From Mobula hypostoma (lineage: Eukaryota), in assembly GCF_963921235.1 (NCBI RefSeq), contig NC_086097.1, positions 12,772,001 through 12,836,000 of the forward strand: a stretch of DNA of 64,000 bases, read 5' to 3'. This document shows positions 60,605 through 64,000 of this stretch, in pieces. The notes beneath the pieces are model-generated. The model made no database searches, had not been told where the DNA came from, and saw only the letters and a program-made list of their open reading frames with translations. A program made the translations under genes and the position numbers. Each line of letters opens with the position of its first letter. Position 1 is the stretch's first letter.

Positions 60605-62960
60605 TCTATGGAAAAGAGTAAACAGTCAATGTTTCAGTCCGAGACCCTTTATCAGGACTGCAGAAAAAGACGAAGTTAGAGTAAGAAGGTGGGGGAAGGG
60701 GAGGAAGAAATACAAGGTGGTAGGTGATAAGTGAAACCAAGAGAGGGGAAGGGGTGAAGTAAAGAGCTGGGAAGTCAAATGGTGAAAGAGATAAAAGGCT
60801 GGAGAAGGGGGAATCTGATAGGAGAGGGTAGAAGATCATGGAAGAAAGGGAAGGGGAAGGATCAACAGAGGGAGGTGATGGGCAGGTAAGGAGATAGGGT
60901 GAGAGTGGGAAATAGACAATAGACAATAGGTGCAGGAGTAGGCCATTCGGCCCTTCGAGCCAGCACCGCCATTCACTGTGATCACGGCTGATCATCTACA
61001 ATCAGTACCCCGTTCCTGCCTTCTCCCCATATCCCTTGACTCCGCTATCTTTAAGAGCTCCATCTAACTCTTTCTTGAAAGGATCCAGAGAACTGGCCTC
61101 CACTGCCTTCTGAGGCAGAGCATTCCACAGATCCACAACTCCCTGGGTGAAAAAGTTTTTCCTCAACTCCATTCTAAATGGTCTACACCTTATTCTTAAA
61201 CTGTGGCCTTTGGTTCTGGACTCCCCCAACACTGGGAACATGTTTCCTGCCTCTAGCAAGTCCAATCCCTTAATAATCTTATATGTTTCAATCAGATCCC
61301 CTCTCATCCTTCTAAATTCCAGTGTATACAAGCCCAGTCGCTCCAATCTTTCAACATATGGCATTCCCGCCATCCCTGGAATTAACCCAGTGAACCTACG
61401 CTGCACTCCTTCCATAGCAAGAATGTCCTTCCTCAAATTTGGAGACCAAAACTGCACACAATACTGCAGGTGGGGTCTCACCAGGGCCCTGTACAACTGC
61501 AGAAGGACCTCTTTGCTCCTACACTCAACTCCTCTTGTTATGAAGGCCAACATGCCATTAGCTTTCTTCACTGCCTGCTGTACCTGTATGCTTACTTTCA
61601 GTGACTGATGTACAAGGACAGCCAGATCTCGTTGTACTTCCTCTTTCCCTAACTTGACACCATTCAGATAGTAATCTGTCTTCCTGTTCTTGCCACCTCA
61701 CATTTATCCACATTAAACTGCATCTGCCATGCATCTGCCCACTCACCCAACCTGTCCAAGTCACCCTGCATTCTCATAACATCCTCCTCACATTTCACGC
61801 TGTCACCCAGCTTTGTGTCATCTGCAAATTTATTAATGTTACTTTTAATTCCTTCATCTAAATCATTAATGTACGTTTGTATATTGTAAATAGCTGCGGT
61901 CCCAGCACCGAGCCTTGCGGTACCCTACTAGTCACTGCCTGCCATTCTGAAAAGGACCCATTAATTCCTACTCTTTGTTTCCTGTCTGCCAACCAATTTT
62001 CTATCCATGTCAGTACCCTACCTCCAATGCCATGTGCTCTAATTTTGCCCACTAACCTTCTATGTGGGACCTTATCAAAGGCTTTCTGAAAGTCCAGGTA
62101 CACTACATCCATTGGCTTTCCCTTGTCCATTTTCATAGTTACATCCTCAAAACCTTCCAGAAGATTAGTCAAGCATGATTTCCCCTTTGTAAATCCATGC
62201 TGACTCAGACCTATCCTGCTACTGCCATCCAAATATGCCCCTATTTCATCTTTTATAATTGACTCCAGCATCTTCCCCACCACTGATGTCAGGGTAACTG
62301 GTCTATAATTGTCTGTTTTCTCTCTTCCTCCTTTCTTAAAAAGTAGCATAACATTAGCTACCCTCCAATTCGCAGATCCTGAATCTATCAAACATTGGAA
62401 AATGATTACCAATGCGTCCACGATTTCTAGAACTACCTCCTTAAGTACCCTGGGATGCAGACCATCAGGTCTGAAGGAGAAGAATGGGGCATTACCAGAA
62501 GTTCAAGAAATCAATGTTCATGCCATCAGCTTGTTCCTCCAACCTGAGTGTCCCCTCATCATCGTAGTAGGGGAGGAGCTATATTTCCCTCTCTCACTTT
62601 ATCTTCTTAACTGCCCATCCCTTCCCTCTGTTGCTCACCTCCCTTCCCTTTCGTCCATGGGCTTCTACCCTCTCCTATTGAATTCCCCCTTCTCCAGCCC
62701 TTTATCTCTTTCATCAATCCGTTTTCCTGCTCTCTACTTCACCACTCCCCGTCTTCTGGCTTCACCTATCACCTATCACCTACAACCTTGTATTTCTTCC
62801 TCACCTCCCCTCTCCTGCTTACTCTGACTTCTCTTCTTTTGTCTCCTATTCTGATGAAGGTTCTCAGCCCAAAGCATCAACTGTTCACTCTTTTCCATAG
62901 ATGCTGCCTGCTAAGTTTTGTGTGTGTTTCTTGGATTTCCAGCATCTGCAGATTTTATCT
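60605..62960. mobile_element. Penelope-like element with inverted arms (60605-60910 + 62473-62575 minus; 62580-62960 plus)
   Basis: The arms are homologous in inverted orientation and each ends in a degenerate hammerhead/pseudo-LTR. Confidence 0.75.
60911..62472 (-). mobile_element. 5'-truncated CR1 (RT + 3' end) inserted into the Penelope arm
   Basis: ORFs 61858..62421 and 61002..61571 (YLDFQKAFD, PQGSVLGP, RPHLQYC); (CTATTGT)n tail. Confidence 0.94.
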
Positions 62961-63009
62961 TGTTTGAAGTTATAACTTCAGGGGTGAAAAGTTGGAGTCT
63001 TTTCCAATA

Positions 63010-64000
63010 ATGGTAGGATTCCATTATTGAGGATGAAGTTTTGGGGTATTTGGAGGAGGGAGGGAACGTTGACTCAGACCATGAGAGGCCTGCGTTGGGC
63101 ATTTTCATGCCTTACAAGGCGCGGATTGGAAGACTGTGTGGGGCGCCACTCCTCACACAGACTAGAGCAATGTGTGGTTAAGCGCCTTGCTCAAGGCCAC
63201 AAACACGCTGCCAAAGCTGAGGCTCGAACTAGTGACCTTCAGATCACTAAACGAACACCTTCACCACTTGGTCCACTTGGAGGTGCAAGATAAAATTAGC
63301 CAAAACCATCATGTTTTCCTTAAGAGGAAATCTTGTCTGACAAAATCTGCTGGAATTCTTTGAGGAAACAGCAGGCATCATAGACAAAGGAAAGTCTGTA
63401 GATGTTGTTTACTTAGATTTTCGGAAGGCCTTTGACAGGGTATCACACATAAGGTTGCATAACAAGATAAGAGCCTGTGATATCACAGGAAAAATAGCAA
63501 CATGGATGGAAGATTGGCTGATTGTCAGGTGGCAAGGAGCTGGAGTAAAGGCAGCCGATACTGGTTGGTTGCTGGTGACTAGTAGTGTTCTGCAGAGGCT
63601 GGTATTGGGACTGCATATAATTCTTTTCACATTATATGTCAAGAATTTTGACGACGGAATTGATGATCTTGGGCCAAATTTTCAGTTTGTGAAATAAGTG
63701 GATAAGTGGAAGGGCAGGTAGTGTTGAGGAAGCAGGGAATCTGCTTTAGGCCTTGGACAGACTGGGAGAATGGACAAAGAAATGGGAAATAGAATATAGT
63801 GTAGGGAAGTTTGTGGTCATGCATGTTGGTACAAGGAATAAAGGTGTAAACTATTTTCTAAATGGGGAAAAAATTCAAAAATCAGAAGAGGAAGGGGACT
63901 TGAGAGGATTCCCTAACGGTTAACTTACAGGTTGAGTTGGTGGAAAGGAAGGTAAATGTGATGTTAGGATTGATCTTGAGAGGACAAGAATACAAGAGCA
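63010..64000 (+). mobile_element. Degraded CR1 RT region running off the window
   Basis: KSCLT, YLDFRKAFD.V.H, LDRL.EW and Q.D-like remnants. Confidence 0.8.
63057..63276 (-). mobile_element. tRNA-derived SINE with CORE-like body and 7-bp TSD
   Basis: A box TGGACCAAGTGG, B box GTTCGAGCC, ccttgagcaaggcgcttaacc; TSD TTGGAGG at 63050-63056 and 63277-63283. Confidence 0.8.

Noticed and set aside
63200..63276. tRNA genes here and at 40193
   Set aside because: A/B boxes are present but they are SINE heads followed by SINE bodies; no complete cloverleaf.
1..64000. CRISPR arrays, operons or prokaryotic defence systems
   Set aside because: Eukaryotic repeat landscape; no regularly spaced repeat-spacer array, and the RTs are CR1/Rex-type rather than retron or group II.

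Overview
Repeat-dominated eukaryotic (vertebrate) DNA. The repeat mix of CR1 LINEs, V-SINE/HE1-like SINEs, Rex1/Babar relics and abundant Penelope-like pseudo-LTRs suggests a cartilaginous fish, probably a ray; this is an inference. I cannot support any host protein-coding exon: every long ORF is transposon-derived. Contents: two young, long CR1 ORF2 copies (471-3035 minus; 24113-26919 plus); a CR1 5' half with a zinc-finger/SGNH-esterase ORF1 (30700-33090); many 5'-truncated CR1 and Rex1 pieces; Penelope-like (GIY-YIG) fragments; a deleted IR/DR Tc1 transposon; SINEs; MITEs; and solo-LTR-like repeats, frequently nested. The main signals not explained by the ORF track are: (i) minimal hammerhead-ribozyme motifs in the Penelope pseudo-LTRs (best copy 55415-55452), with fold-back mini-elements whose inversion point sits in the ribozyme; (ii) a tentative HDV/CPEB3-like fold in a two-copy unclassified repeat; (iii) a repeat-poor island (43.7-45.4 kb) with a TATA/Inr/GT-donor arrangement resembling a minus-strand first exon. 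Hammerheads in Penelope-like elements are already known, so I do not claim a wholly new system. Family names come from motif recognition, not database searches, and boundaries of old repeats are approximate.
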